Below are positions 36,121 to 44,490 of a stretch of 64,000 nt of DNA, one piece after another. Position numbers and translations under genes: made by a program. The notes under the pieces are model-generated. The model did not search any database. It was not told the DNA's origin and worked only from the letters and a program-made list of their open reading frames with translations. How positions within the stretch are numbered: the first letter of the stretch is position 1; each line of letters starts with the position of its first letter. The DNA comes from an uncultured Bacteroidales bacterium (GTDB lineage: Bacteria; Bacteroidota; Bacteroidia; Bacteroidales; VadinHA17): NCBI GenBank assembly GCA_963825165.1, contig CAWGRY010000001.1:1384-65383 (forward strand), read 5' to 3'.

Positions 36121-36462
36121 CCCTAACAGGTCGGTATATGTCATTGCCTCAGCTGGTTTTTGCACACTTATTCGACAGATCAGCACACCAAAACCAGTTG
36201 GTGCTTTATCGGCCCGGCTTTGCGGCTAAAGCCGCCGGGCAAAAACCAGCGCGCTGCCCCGGTTCCCGCCTGGGACTCCCTCCTGCTGTCACAGACTGCC
36301 CCGATCTATCGGGGGTTTTTGCCAACGCGACAATAAACAAATAACATCATAACCCTGCATCGCACCACGAGTGCAAAACACCCCGGCCTCTCTGCGTTTG
36401 GTACGGTGCACAGCGTGCCACAGCGATACAAGGCAACAGACACATACCGCTGAACGTTATAA
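36121..36462 (+). repeat. attC-like site, family A extra-long (342 bp)
   Basis: R'' CCCTAAC 36121; R' GTTATAA 36456. Confidence 0.8.
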
Positions 36463-36489
36463 ACCATGCAATCACAAATCCATACAAAT

Positions 36490-37197
36490 ATGAAACAGAT
36501 ATTTACTGCCCTATTACTACTCTCCTGCTCGTTTATTTATGCTCAGTCAGGAGACAAAAACTTTATCGATTTAAACTACATTGAAGTAACCGGCAAAGCA
36601 GAGATGGAAATCGTTCCAGATGACATCTACATAAGGATCCTAATCAACGAAAAGGATTTTAAAGGAAAAACTCTGGCCGATATCGAGAAATTAATGTACG
36701 ATAAGCTTAATGAGCTTGGCCTTGATCTATCCAAGGACTTAACTTTGAAGGACTTAGTCAGTAATTTCCAGTACTACTGGTTCATCAAAGCTGATGTTCA
36801 ACTTTCCAAAGAGTATCAATTGCTTGTTCATGATGCTAAAACAGCTGGTAAAGTTTTTATAGGGCTCCAGAAACTTGGAATATCAAATGCCTCAGTAATT
36901 AGAGTCGAGAATAGCAAAATTACTGATTACCGCAGAGAGGTAAAAATAGCCGCTATTAAAGCTGCACAAGAAAAAGCAAGAGCACTTGCCTTAGCCATAA
37001 ATCAAGATATCGGTCGGGCTATTTATATTCTGGAGATAGAAAATCCCAGTAGAGCCATGACGGGATCTACATCAAATATTGCAATACGTGGTTATTCAAG
37101 CTCAAATATTTATGGATCGAAAGCTCCTGAACCTGATATCGAATTTGAAAAGATTAAACTTGAATACAATATTGTTGCCCGATTTGAACTTAAGTAA
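36490..37197 (+). CDS. SIMPL (DUF541) domain protein (cassette)
   Basis: ATG 36490 (MKQIFTALLLLSCSFIYAQ signal). IEVTGKAEMEIVPD start and periplasmic oxidative-stress-like SIMPL layout. Paralogue at 45558-46256. Confidence 0.6.
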   Translation: MKQIFTALLLLSCSFIYAQSGDKNFIDLNYIEVTGKAEMEIVPDDIYIRILINEKDFKGKTLADIEKLMYDKLNELGLDLSKDLTLKDLVSNFQYYWFIKADVQLSKEYQLLVHDAKTAGKVFIGLQKLGISNASVIRVENSKITDYRREVKIAAIKAAQEKARALALAINQDIGRAIYILEIENPSRAMTGSTSNIAIRGYSSSNIYGSKAPEPDIEFEKIKLEYNIVARFELK

Positions 37198-37207
37198 ATA
37201 ACACAGT

Positions 37208-37365
37208 TTATAACAGGTCAGTAAATGCAATTGGCTTCTGTGCCGCGAAAACTTTGTAGTCACCACAACATATATGTAATGGCGGCACAGGCTGGCGCCA
37301 CGGCCCGCCCCGACACTGCCGGGGGCTTCCGCTAGTGTCACAGCCTGCCCCGATCTATCGGGGCC
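37208..37365 (+). repeat. attC-like site, 3'-truncated; last recognisable site of the array
   Basis: R'' TTATAAC 37208 plus a degenerate L'' (CAGTAAATGCAATTGGC). Homology is lost after the CCCCGATCTATCGGGG hairpin. No L'/R'. Confidence 0.65.
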
Positions 37366-37472
37366 CGGCATACCCTCAATGCACCTCCGCTGCTCAAAGA
37401 ACTCGCGCGGGGCATACTGATGGCTCTGTCAGCATAATTCTCAATTCCCTGAAAACTTAAAATCAAACTAAT

Positions 37473-37802
37473 ATGAAAACAATGCGTCTATTTGCCGGGA
37501 TACTTCTTTTAATTTCCGGTATTCTGCACATCATTGCCTATTTTCGGGCTCCTGACAGCCCGGGAAGCATACCTGTTCTTGCATTTGGTGTTATTTACAT
37601 GATCGTTGGATTTCTCCTGTTCAGCAGGAAAAGGTACCCGCTTTACCTTGCAATCATTGTACCGTTTACCGGAATGACACTTTCGCTGATAAAATTCGGA
37701 ATACCAGAATTGATTTCTTTGTCAGCCTTATTTAAAGTGCTGGAAATAATTGCGGTCGTTTGCTGTATTGTGCTTTTATTGAAAAGTCAGAAAACCAAAT
37801 AA
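37473..37802 (+). CDS. small integral membrane protein
   Basis: 109 aa with four hydrophobic segments. Confidence 0.5.
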   Translation: MKTMRLFAGILLLISGILHIIAYFRAPDSPGSIPVLAFGVIYMIVGFLLFSRKRYPLYLAIIVPFTGMTLSLIKFGIPELISLSALFKVLEIIAVVCCIVLLLKSQKTK

Positions 37803-37812
37803 ATCAAACGCC

Positions 37813-38751
37813 ATGAAAAACCTTTTTGTCAACAGGTGCGGCCTACGGCTGGTTTTTTTTCTGTCAGTCGCAGTTGCCGCAATCCCGAATGTTTTTTCAC
37901 AAGATCAGCCATTACAAACTGATTTGAATAACTACCCTTTGGTTACAGTTCGGTTAACCGAAACCCGCACCTTTTATTCAAAGATCCTGGAACAGGAAAT
38001 GGTGCTTTACATTAAGATTCCTGCCACTTATAAAACCAACACACAGAAGGTTTACCCCTGCTGGTACTGTACCGATGGGAACCGGTCATTCCCAATGATA
38101 GCAGATATGGCAAACTCTTTCGAAGTCCCGGTGATTGTCGAACCTGAAATTTTCGTTGTGGGGATAGGATATAAGATCAGGGATATGGGCGACTGGGGAG
38201 CCTGGAGGACAAGAGATCTGACCCCGACCAACGTTCCTTCGTCGGATACCTACTGGGCGGGTATCTTTTCAAAATTTGCAGGCAGGGAGCTTGAAGTTAA
38301 AACCGGTGGTTCTGCAAAATTCCTGGAATGCATAGAAAAAGAGGTTTTCCCGTTCATGGAATCAAATTACCGTGTTTCTGCAACGGGCAGGGGGCTGGGC
38401 GGTTATTCCTACGGAGGTTTGTTTTCGCTGTATGTTTTATTTAAGCAACCGGAACTATTCAGCATTTACTATGCCGGAAGCCCTTCAATAAAATACGACA
38501 AGGGTGTGCTTTACACCTATGAAAAGGAATATGCCGCTACACACAGAGACCTGAATGCAACGCTTTTCATGACTGCAGGAGGAGCCGAAGATTCGGCAAT
38601 GGTAGCAAATGTAAACATACTGGCTGCCCAGCTGGTGTCCAGGAATTATCCAGGGCTCAAGGTCGAAACTCATGTTTTCCCCGATGAGACACACATGTCG
38701 TGCGTTCCTGCTGCCTGGATGAGAGCATTCAGGGTTCTGTATAAAAAATAA
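37813..38751 (+). CDS. putative esterase (alpha/beta hydrolase, esterase D / siderophore-esterase-like)
   Basis: GGYSYGGLFSLY nucleophile elbow; signal peptide. Confidence 0.6.
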   Translation: MKNLFVNRCGLRLVFFLSVAVAAIPNVFSQDQPLQTDLNNYPLVTVRLTETRTFYSKILEQEMVLYIKIPATYKTNTQKVYPCWYCTDGNRSFPMIADMANSFEVPVIVEPEIFVVGIGYKIRDMGDWGAWRTRDLTPTNVPSSDTYWAGIFSKFAGRELEVKTGGSAKFLECIEKEVFPFMESNYRVSATGRGLGGYSYGGLFSLYVLFKQPELFSIYYAGSPSIKYDKGVLYTYEKEYAATHRDLNATLFMTAGGAEDSAMVANVNILAAQLVSRNYPGLKVETHVFPDETHMSCVPAAWMRAFRVLYKK

Positions 38752-39617
38752 TGTATCCTGCAATGAAACCGCCAAAATTTCTGCTGCTTATAATCCTCAT
38801 TGGCAGTTCCCTGAAACTGGTATCGCAGGTAAACCCGGTTAGCATTGATTTAAAAAACAACGGTGTTAAACTGGATGCAAAATTCTATCCGGTAAATAAA
38901 ACGGATAAGGTGCCAACGGTAATTCTTTTGCACGGCTTTCCCGGCAATCAGTCCAGCCCTTTGGGATTAGCGGAAAAATTGAATACCGCCGGATTTAATA
39001 TCCTTGTGTTCAATTACCAGGGATCCTATATGAGCGAAGGCAATTTCACTTTCGACAACTGTATTGATAACGTCAGTGCTGCTGTTAACTTTCTGGCAGA
39101 ACCCGGAAATCAGGCTCTATTCAAAATTGACACTTCCAAAATAGTGGTCTGCGGCTACAGTTTTGGTGGTACCATTGCCATTGAAAGCGCCATGTATAAC
39201 GACAAAGTAAGAAACATCATTTCAATTGCCAACGACGATCACTCTGTCTCCCTGAAAAAAGTAGCCGCTGATTCAGCCTATCGTAAGGGCTATACGCAGT
39301 TCATTGCCAAATCATTCGAACCGGCAGGCCCTTTCAGAGGTGATCTGAAAACTCAGATGGAACTATATCTTCAAAATATCGACAGATACGACCTGGTAAA
39401 AAATGCCGAAAAGCTAAAAACAAAAAAAGTGCTATTTATTGTGGGTTGGCAGGACAAAACAAGCTTTCTGGAAGTAAACACACTCCCGCTTTACCGCAAG
39501 TTGCAGCAACTGAATGCGGAAAATATTTCAATAAAAGGATTTGAATCCGATCACCGGTTTAACAATGTAACTGATGACCTTGCAGATACTATAACTGAAT
39601 GGATCAAAAATAATTAA
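38751..39617 (+). CDS. alpha/beta hydrolase
   Basis: VILLHGFPGN oxyanion region and CGYSFGG (GxSxG). Confidence 0.6.
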   Translation: MYPAMKPPKFLLLIILIGSSLKLVSQVNPVSIDLKNNGVKLDAKFYPVNKTDKVPTVILLHGFPGNQSSPLGLAEKLNTAGFNILVFNYQGSYMSEGNFTFDNCIDNVSAAVNFLAEPGNQALFKIDTSKIVVCGYSFGGTIAIESAMYNDKVRNIISIANDDHSVSLKKVAADSAYRKGYTQFIAKSFEPAGPFRGDLKTQMELYLQNIDRYDLVKNAEKLKTKKVLFIVGWQDKTSFLEVNTLPLYRKLQQLNAENISIKGFESDHRFNNVTDDLADTITEWIKNN

Positions 39618-39621
39618 CGCG

Positions 39622-39700
39622 CTATAACACGGACAATAAAGGTAAGGTGTTTCCCGCTGCTCACTATGTTCGCGCGGGGCGTGGCGTGATAACCAATCTC
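39622..39700 (+). repeat. eroded family-B-like R''/L'' remnant
   Basis: CTATAACACGGACAATAAAGGTAAGGTG resembles TAACACGGACAATATGGGTAAGTTG. No matching 3' end. Confidence 0.4.
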
Positions 39701-39706
39701 TAAGAA

Positions 39707-40078
39707 ATGGAATCAACAATTGCGTTTTGTGGGCTCGATTGTAGCAGCTGCCCTATTCATCTGGCAACCCTTGAGGAAGATTTTGATGCCAAAGCCAAAA
39801 TGAGGATTGAGATTGCAGCTATGCTAGCCAGGATATATCATACAGCTCCAAAACCAGAAATCATTTGTGATTGTGATGGCTGTAAGATTATTGATGGTAG
39901 ATTATTTACTGGTTGTGCCAGCTGTGAGATCAGAAAGTGCGCCATGGACAACAGCTTGGAAAACTGTGCTTATTGCAGCAATTATGCTTGTGATAAACTC
40001 AACAGGCATTTTGTGACAGACCAGGAAGCAAAAGCCAGACTTGAAGAAATACGTGGTAAAACATGTGACAAGAATTAA
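39707..40078 (+). CDS. DUF3795-like Cys-rich protein (divergent paralogue of the array cassette)
   Basis: CGLDCSSCPIH...CDGC...CASCEIRKC...CAYCSNYAC. Confidence 0.55.
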   Translation: MESTIAFCGLDCSSCPIHLATLEEDFDAKAKMRIEIAAMLARIYHTAPKPEIICDCDGCKIIDGRLFTGCASCEIRKCAMDNSLENCAYCSNYACDKLNRHFVTDQEAKARLEEIRGKTCDKN

Positions 40079-40091
40079 ATAAAAGTACATG

Positions 40092-40440
40092 TGCTAACAG
40101 CTCGGTATATGCAATTAACTTCCTCACGCCATTCGTGGTTCGCTGAGCTCGCCGTATATTACTTCAGTTTTAATAACCATTCTTGTGGCTGTGGCTTCGG
40201 TTGCCTTTCTGTACCGCGAGAATCTTCTGACTGATGAGGGCAGTTTTGTGCCTGGCGGCACGGGACAAGATGTCACACTTTTTGTCTGGTGATGTGAACG
40301 CCAGACGGGCATAAAATGCATCCCCGGCTTCGTTTGCTCCGACGGGGCACCGTATGCTTCGTTCATTCCTGCTGACAGGGAAACTCTCGCCCGATGAAGA
40401 GACACTGCTCCAGCCCCAAAACACTCAGCGACACTAGATT
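40092..40440 (+). repeat. eroded family-A-like site
   Basis: TGCTAACAGCTCGGTATATGCAATTAAC, then a CTGTACCGCGAGAATCTTCTGACTGA... arm. The 3' boxes are not recognisable, so the end coordinate is approximate. Confidence 0.4.
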
Positions 40441-40544
40441 ATTTATTAGCGAGCCCTTGGCAACAAATCCGACATTATGCGGATATGAATAAACTTTCAT
40501 ACTTTCATGACTTTAAATAATTTACGCTAACACCAATTGTAAAT

Positions 40545-40979
40545 ATGAAAAAGGCTCTTTTTCTTCCGCTCTCAATTCTGTTGCTCCTTTCATGCAAACC
40601 GACCGTCAACACTGAAGCTGCCAGAGATGAGATTCTTCAAACTGAAAAAGCGTTTGAAAAAATGGCTTCTGAGAAAGGTGTGGCAGAAGCCTTTTACTAT
40701 TTCGCTGATAAAAATGCCGTAATCAGAAGAGGAAACGATTCACTGATAATCGGCAAAGAAAACATCAGACACTATTATGACAAAAATGCCAATCCGAATG
40801 CAAAATTAAGCTGGACTCCTGATTTCATTGGCGTTTCAGATTGTGGAACACTTGGCTATACTTACGGCAAATATGTATTCTCAATTCAAGACACTTCAGG
40901 TAAAAGCATTGAACATACAGGTATATTCCATACCGTCTGGAAAAAACAAAACAAGGAGTGGCGATATGTTTGGGACTAG
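40545..40979 (+). CDS. DUF4440/SnoaL-like (NTF2 fold) lipoprotein
   Basis: LLLSC lipobox. EILQTEKAFEKMASEKGVAEAF..F....AV......W.KQNKEWRYVWD is typical of DUF4440. Confidence 0.55.
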   Translation: MKKALFLPLSILLLLSCKPTVNTEAARDEILQTEKAFEKMASEKGVAEAFYYFADKNAVIRRGNDSLIIGKENIRHYYDKNANPNAKLSWTPDFIGVSDCGTLGYTYGKYVFSIQDTSGKSIEHTGIFHTVWKKQNKEWRYVWD

Positions 40980-41118
40980 CTTTGTAAAAATTGATCAGCC
41001 GCCAAAGCCAATGGTGTAATCAATAAGCTCGCCTGCACAATTATACTGCCGGACAGGCAGGTGCAAGTGTTTCCACACCAATGCATTACATCTATCATGT
41101 GAAACAGAAAACAAAATA

Positions 41119-41601
41119 ATGGTACCGCATATAGAAACATCAACAACAAAGAAACTAGTTGGAAAACGTATGAACATGACTTTCTCCAATGATAAAACTT
41201 TTGAGCTTTGGAGAAGCTTCATGCCTTTGAGAAAAGAGATTCATAATGTAGTCAATCCAGATTTATTTTCTTTACAAATATATCCTTCTGGCTTCTTCGA
41301 CAGATTTGATCCAAACATGACTTTTGAGAAATGGGCTGCTGTTGAAGTCGCTGACTTTGATAGTGTTCCCGGCGATTTGTTCACAATAAATCTTCCTGGT
41401 GGTCTTTACGCTGTTTTTCTTTACAAAGGATTGTCCACTGCGGCTGCCGGAACATTTCAATTTATCTTAGGAACATGGATACCTAATTCCATTTATTTAT
41501 TGGATAACAGACCTCATTTCGAGATATTAGGGGAAAAGTATAAGAATGATGATCCTGATTCTCAGGAAGAGATATGGATTCCAATTAAATTAAAAACATA
41601 A
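41119..41601 (+). CDS. GyrI-like small-molecule-binding domain protein
   Basis: LVGKRM..S.....ELW..FM.........FSLQ.Y...F.........WAAVEV......P......GGLYAVF.YKG......PHFEILGEKY; the C-terminal EIWIPIK is typical. Confidence 0.55.
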   Translation: MVPHIETSTTKKLVGKRMNMTFSNDKTFELWRSFMPLRKEIHNVVNPDLFSLQIYPSGFFDRFDPNMTFEKWAAVEVADFDSVPGDLFTINLPGGLYAVFLYKGLSTAAAGTFQFILGTWIPNSIYLLDNRPHFEILGEKYKNDDPDSQEEIWIPIKLKT

Positions 41602-41693
41602 CGCCAACACCTGAGAGGGCTGTATATACAACCTTTCATAGAAAACTCATTACCAGATAAAATATACATCCATAACCTAGATAATTTCATAGT

Positions 41694-41909
41694 ATGCCTC
41701 CCGATATTCAATTATTATCGACAATAACCTGCCCTGCATGCGGGTTTAAGAAAGAAGAAACAATGCCGACAGATTCCTGCCAATTTTTCTATGAGTGTAC
41801 AAACTGCAGCCAGGTTATTAAGCCAAAAGATGGCGATTGTTGCGTCTTTTGCTCTTACGGTACAGTAAAATGCCCATCCATTCAAGAGACTGGTAAATGC
41901 AACTGTTAA
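41694..41909 (+). CDS. GDCCVxC-motif small Cys-rich protein
   Basis: CPACG...CQFFYECTNC...KPKDGDCCVFCSYG. Confidence 0.55.
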   Translation: MPPDIQLLSTITCPACGFKKEETMPTDSCQFFYECTNCSQVIKPKDGDCCVFCSYGTVKCPSIQETGKCNC

Positions 41910-41964
41910 GGACAGGTTAGCAGCCAGTCGTAATTTAATCGATATCCAATAAACATTTTATAAT

Positions 41965-42708
41965 ATGAAACCAATACTAATTCTGCTGACATTCCTGATT
42001 TGTAACTCATTATTTTCACAGGTTCCGGATCCGGACATGGCTCTGATACCAGCTGGAGAATTCACAATGGGGAAAAACTCTTCCGGTATCACGGATTGGC
42101 AGCCTGAACATATAGTTTCAGTTGACGCTTTCTACATGGATAAATTTGAAGTTACCAATAAACTTTTTTTCGAGTTCTGTAAACAAACAGGCAATCCTCT
42201 ACCGGAATTCTGGGGATCACAACAATTTAAATGCAGCCTCGATTATCCTGACCACCCGGTTGTAGGTGTCAGCTTTATGGACGCAGTGAAATATGCGCAA
42301 TGGGTTGGTAAAAGGCTTCCAACCGAAGCTGAATGGGAATATGCTGCAAGAGGTGGATTATCTGACAGTAATTATCCCTGGGGAAATCAAATTGATTCCA
42401 CCCTGGTAAACTACGGCAAAAAGTACAAGACTACTTTAAAGGCAGGTTCCTTTAAACCAAACGGGTATGGACTTTTTGATATGGGAGGCAATGTTTGGGA
42501 ATGGACAATGGACAATTATGGGCATGACTATTATGCAAATTCTCCGGACCAAAATCCCAAAGGTCCGGATACAGGAAGGTTTAAGGTTATTCGTGGTGGC
42601 AGCTGGCATTCCGGAGCTATGTGTATTCAAACCTACTATCGTAACGGTTTATCACCCTCATGGACTGACTTTGCGGTCGGATTCAGATGTGTTAAAAGTG
42701 CCAAATAA
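41965..42708 (+). CDS. formylglycine-generating enzyme (SUMF1) family protein
   Basis: MALIPAGEFTMG...FYMDKFEVTN...LPTEAEWEYAARGG...GNVWEWT...RGGSW. Confidence 0.75.
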   Translation: MKPILILLTFLICNSLFSQVPDPDMALIPAGEFTMGKNSSGITDWQPEHIVSVDAFYMDKFEVTNKLFFEFCKQTGNPLPEFWGSQQFKCSLDYPDHPVVGVSFMDAVKYAQWVGKRLPTEAEWEYAARGGLSDSNYPWGNQIDSTLVNYGKKYKTTLKAGSFKPNGYGLFDMGGNVWEWTMDNYGHDYYANSPDQNPKGPDTGRFKVIRGGSWHSGAMCIQTYYRNGLSPSWTDFAVGFRCVKSAK

Positions 42709-42870
42709 ATACAATTACTTAAAGGAAAATAATAATCCAGGCTTGAACTGACATGCACAAAAAAAGGACATTTTGGGCACGAATTTTTTACATTCATGTC
42801 CAGGTGCCATGAGGGTCAATCCTGTCTGGTTGATCATATCAAATAGTATTCATCATTTTAATCTACCTCC

Positions 42871-43401
42871 ATGAAAAACCTATTCGTTTTATTTGCGTTT
42901 TCTGTCCTTGTTTCAACATCCAGTTCCTTTTATTGCGTGTTGATTGGACAATCCTCCGTAAACAGAGACACCGTTATTCTCGCTGCTCACGAAATTATTA
43001 ATGAAACTACCTATTGCGGATTTGTTACAATTGACTCACTGGGACAACCCCAAATCCGGACAATGAATCCATTTCCTGTAAAGGATGACTTTGTTATCTG
43101 GTTTGCCACTTCAAGAACAAGCCGCAAAGTCAGGGATATTAAAGACAACCCTAAAGTCTGCGTTTATTTCGCAAACCATCTTACTGCGAAAGGGTATGTC
43201 AACTTAAATGGGGTTGCATCTGTAATAGATAACAGGGAATTACTTATTCAAATGAAACGAGAATATTGGAATGGCATAAAAGACTGGCAGGATAAATTTG
43301 TGTTGATTAAGATCATCCCCAGATCGATCGAGGTCATAAACTATAGACACGGATTAAATAATGATCCTGATACATTCAAAGCTCCATCCATCTCATTTTA
43401 A
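42871..43401 (+). CDS. pyridoxamine 5'-phosphate oxidase-like (general stress protein 26-like) protein
   Basis: ...PQIRTMNPF....F.IWFATSRTSRKVRDIKDNPKVCVYF pattern. Confidence 0.5.
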   Translation: MKNLFVLFAFSVLVSTSSSFYCVLIGQSSVNRDTVILAAHEIINETTYCGFVTIDSLGQPQIRTMNPFPVKDDFVIWFATSRTSRKVRDIKDNPKVCVYFANHLTAKGYVNLNGVASVIDNRELLIQMKREYWNGIKDWQDKFVLIKIIPRSIEVINYRHGLNNDPDTFKAPSISF

Positions 43402-43524
43402 AAATCAATAACACAGCAACTAACACAAACGAAGTCGTTACCTCAAGCATAATATTCAGGTTAGGTTTTATTAATGAATTGTTGGCATAAAGTTTGCGGC
43501 ATTATTCCAGGATAAGCATTAGCT

Positions 43525-43926
43525 ATGAAAGCATCGCTTTACAATAAGATTAAATTCACAATTCTGGTCTTCATTACGTTAAGCATGTTGTCAGGTTGTG
43601 AAAAAATTCAACTTGGAGAACCTTATGATTGCAGGGTTGGAACGAAATATCTCCTGGATAAAAATTTGGTCTTCTCTATTGACAGTATAAGGGACTATCG
43701 ATGTCCAAAAGATGTTGTATGTTTTTGGGGTGGTGATGTTGACCTGTACTTCAATATAAATATTAACCTGACAAGCATCGACACATTAATAAGGCTCTAT
43801 AGTAACAACCCGATCGTAACCGGGGATTATACCTGGAAAGTACTTGAAGTGGATCCCTTGCCAAGAGCTGGCCAAGAAATTGGTCAAAAGGATTATAAGG
43901 TAAAACTAATCGTTCAAAAAAATTAA
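43525..43926 (+). CDS. hypothetical lipoprotein
   Basis: LSMLSGC lipobox. Confidence 0.45.
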   Translation: MKASLYNKIKFTILVFITLSMLSGCEKIQLGEPYDCRVGTKYLLDKNLVFSIDSIRDYRCPKDVVCFWGGDVDLYFNININLTSIDTLIRLYSNNPIVTGDYTWKVLEVDPLPRAGQEIGQKDYKVKLIVQKN

Positions 43927-44490
43927 GCCTGACAAGGCGGTATATCCAGTTGACTTCTCCAAGCCAGGTGTTGTTCATCAGACTCTCCACAAATTACGTA
44001 AGCTTTAATAAGCATTCTTATGGCTTTTAACAGTGTACCATTGATTGGAATCATAATCGGGATTATCGGATGAGACCAACAATGACAGTTTCACATTAAG
44101 TCCCTGACCGGCAACCCTTATTGCCTTGTAAGAAATATTTCTGACATGATTATGAACATAACTGCTTCAAAAATTCTAATTTTAGTATAATACAAACTAC
44201 GGAGGAAATATTATGAGTGAAATTATAACCAAACCAATTGACTTGGATATTGATAAATTTCTGAGGAGTGTAGAACCAGAAAAAAATAATTTCAGCTTCA
44301 GTTTCAGATATGAAAAAAATCTACAAGGCTGATTAAATAGAATGCCTTCACTGATGGGCATTAATTTATAACTATAAATCAAAGGTCAGACAATACATTT
44401 GAAGACTGGAATTATAAGGATTGAACTAAGAACCGGCTTCATTGTTTAAACCAATAAGATAAGATTTCTTGTTTTCATAAAATAGAAGCC

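Larger units (their letters stand above)
1..37365 (+). mobile_element. integron-type gene cassette array (about 39 cassette units; no integrase in window, formally CALIN-like); window begins inside a cassette
   Basis: 39 structured repeats with RYYYAAC...GTTRRRY ends alternate with 1-3 ORF units, all on + strand. The 5'-boundary 7-mer is the reverse complement of the own-repeat 7-mer in 36/36 testable units. Five cassettes are duplicated in different contexts. Confidence 0.85.

Noticed and set aside
1-37365. CRISPR array (regularly spaced repeats separated by unique sequence).
   Set aside because: The repeats are 130-404 bp and heterogeneous. The supposed spacers are 0.3-2.2 kb and encode complete genes. 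No cas genes are present.
1-37365. MITE/REP-type dispersed repeats or an IS-derived array.
   Set aside because: The sites are strictly co-oriented and always sit at gene 3' ends. They show no target-site duplications and no transposase. Their end 7-mers covary with the neighbouring cassette boundary, which transposition would not produce.
44213-44332. A 39-aa ORF, MSEIITKPIDLDIDKFLRSVEPEKNNFSFSFRYEKNLQG, preceded by GGAGG. It might be the N-terminal fragment of a DUF1801/YdhG-like protein.
   Set aside because: It is too short, and the similarity is only a vague recollection. It is probably a gene remnant in the decayed region and is not reported as a feature.
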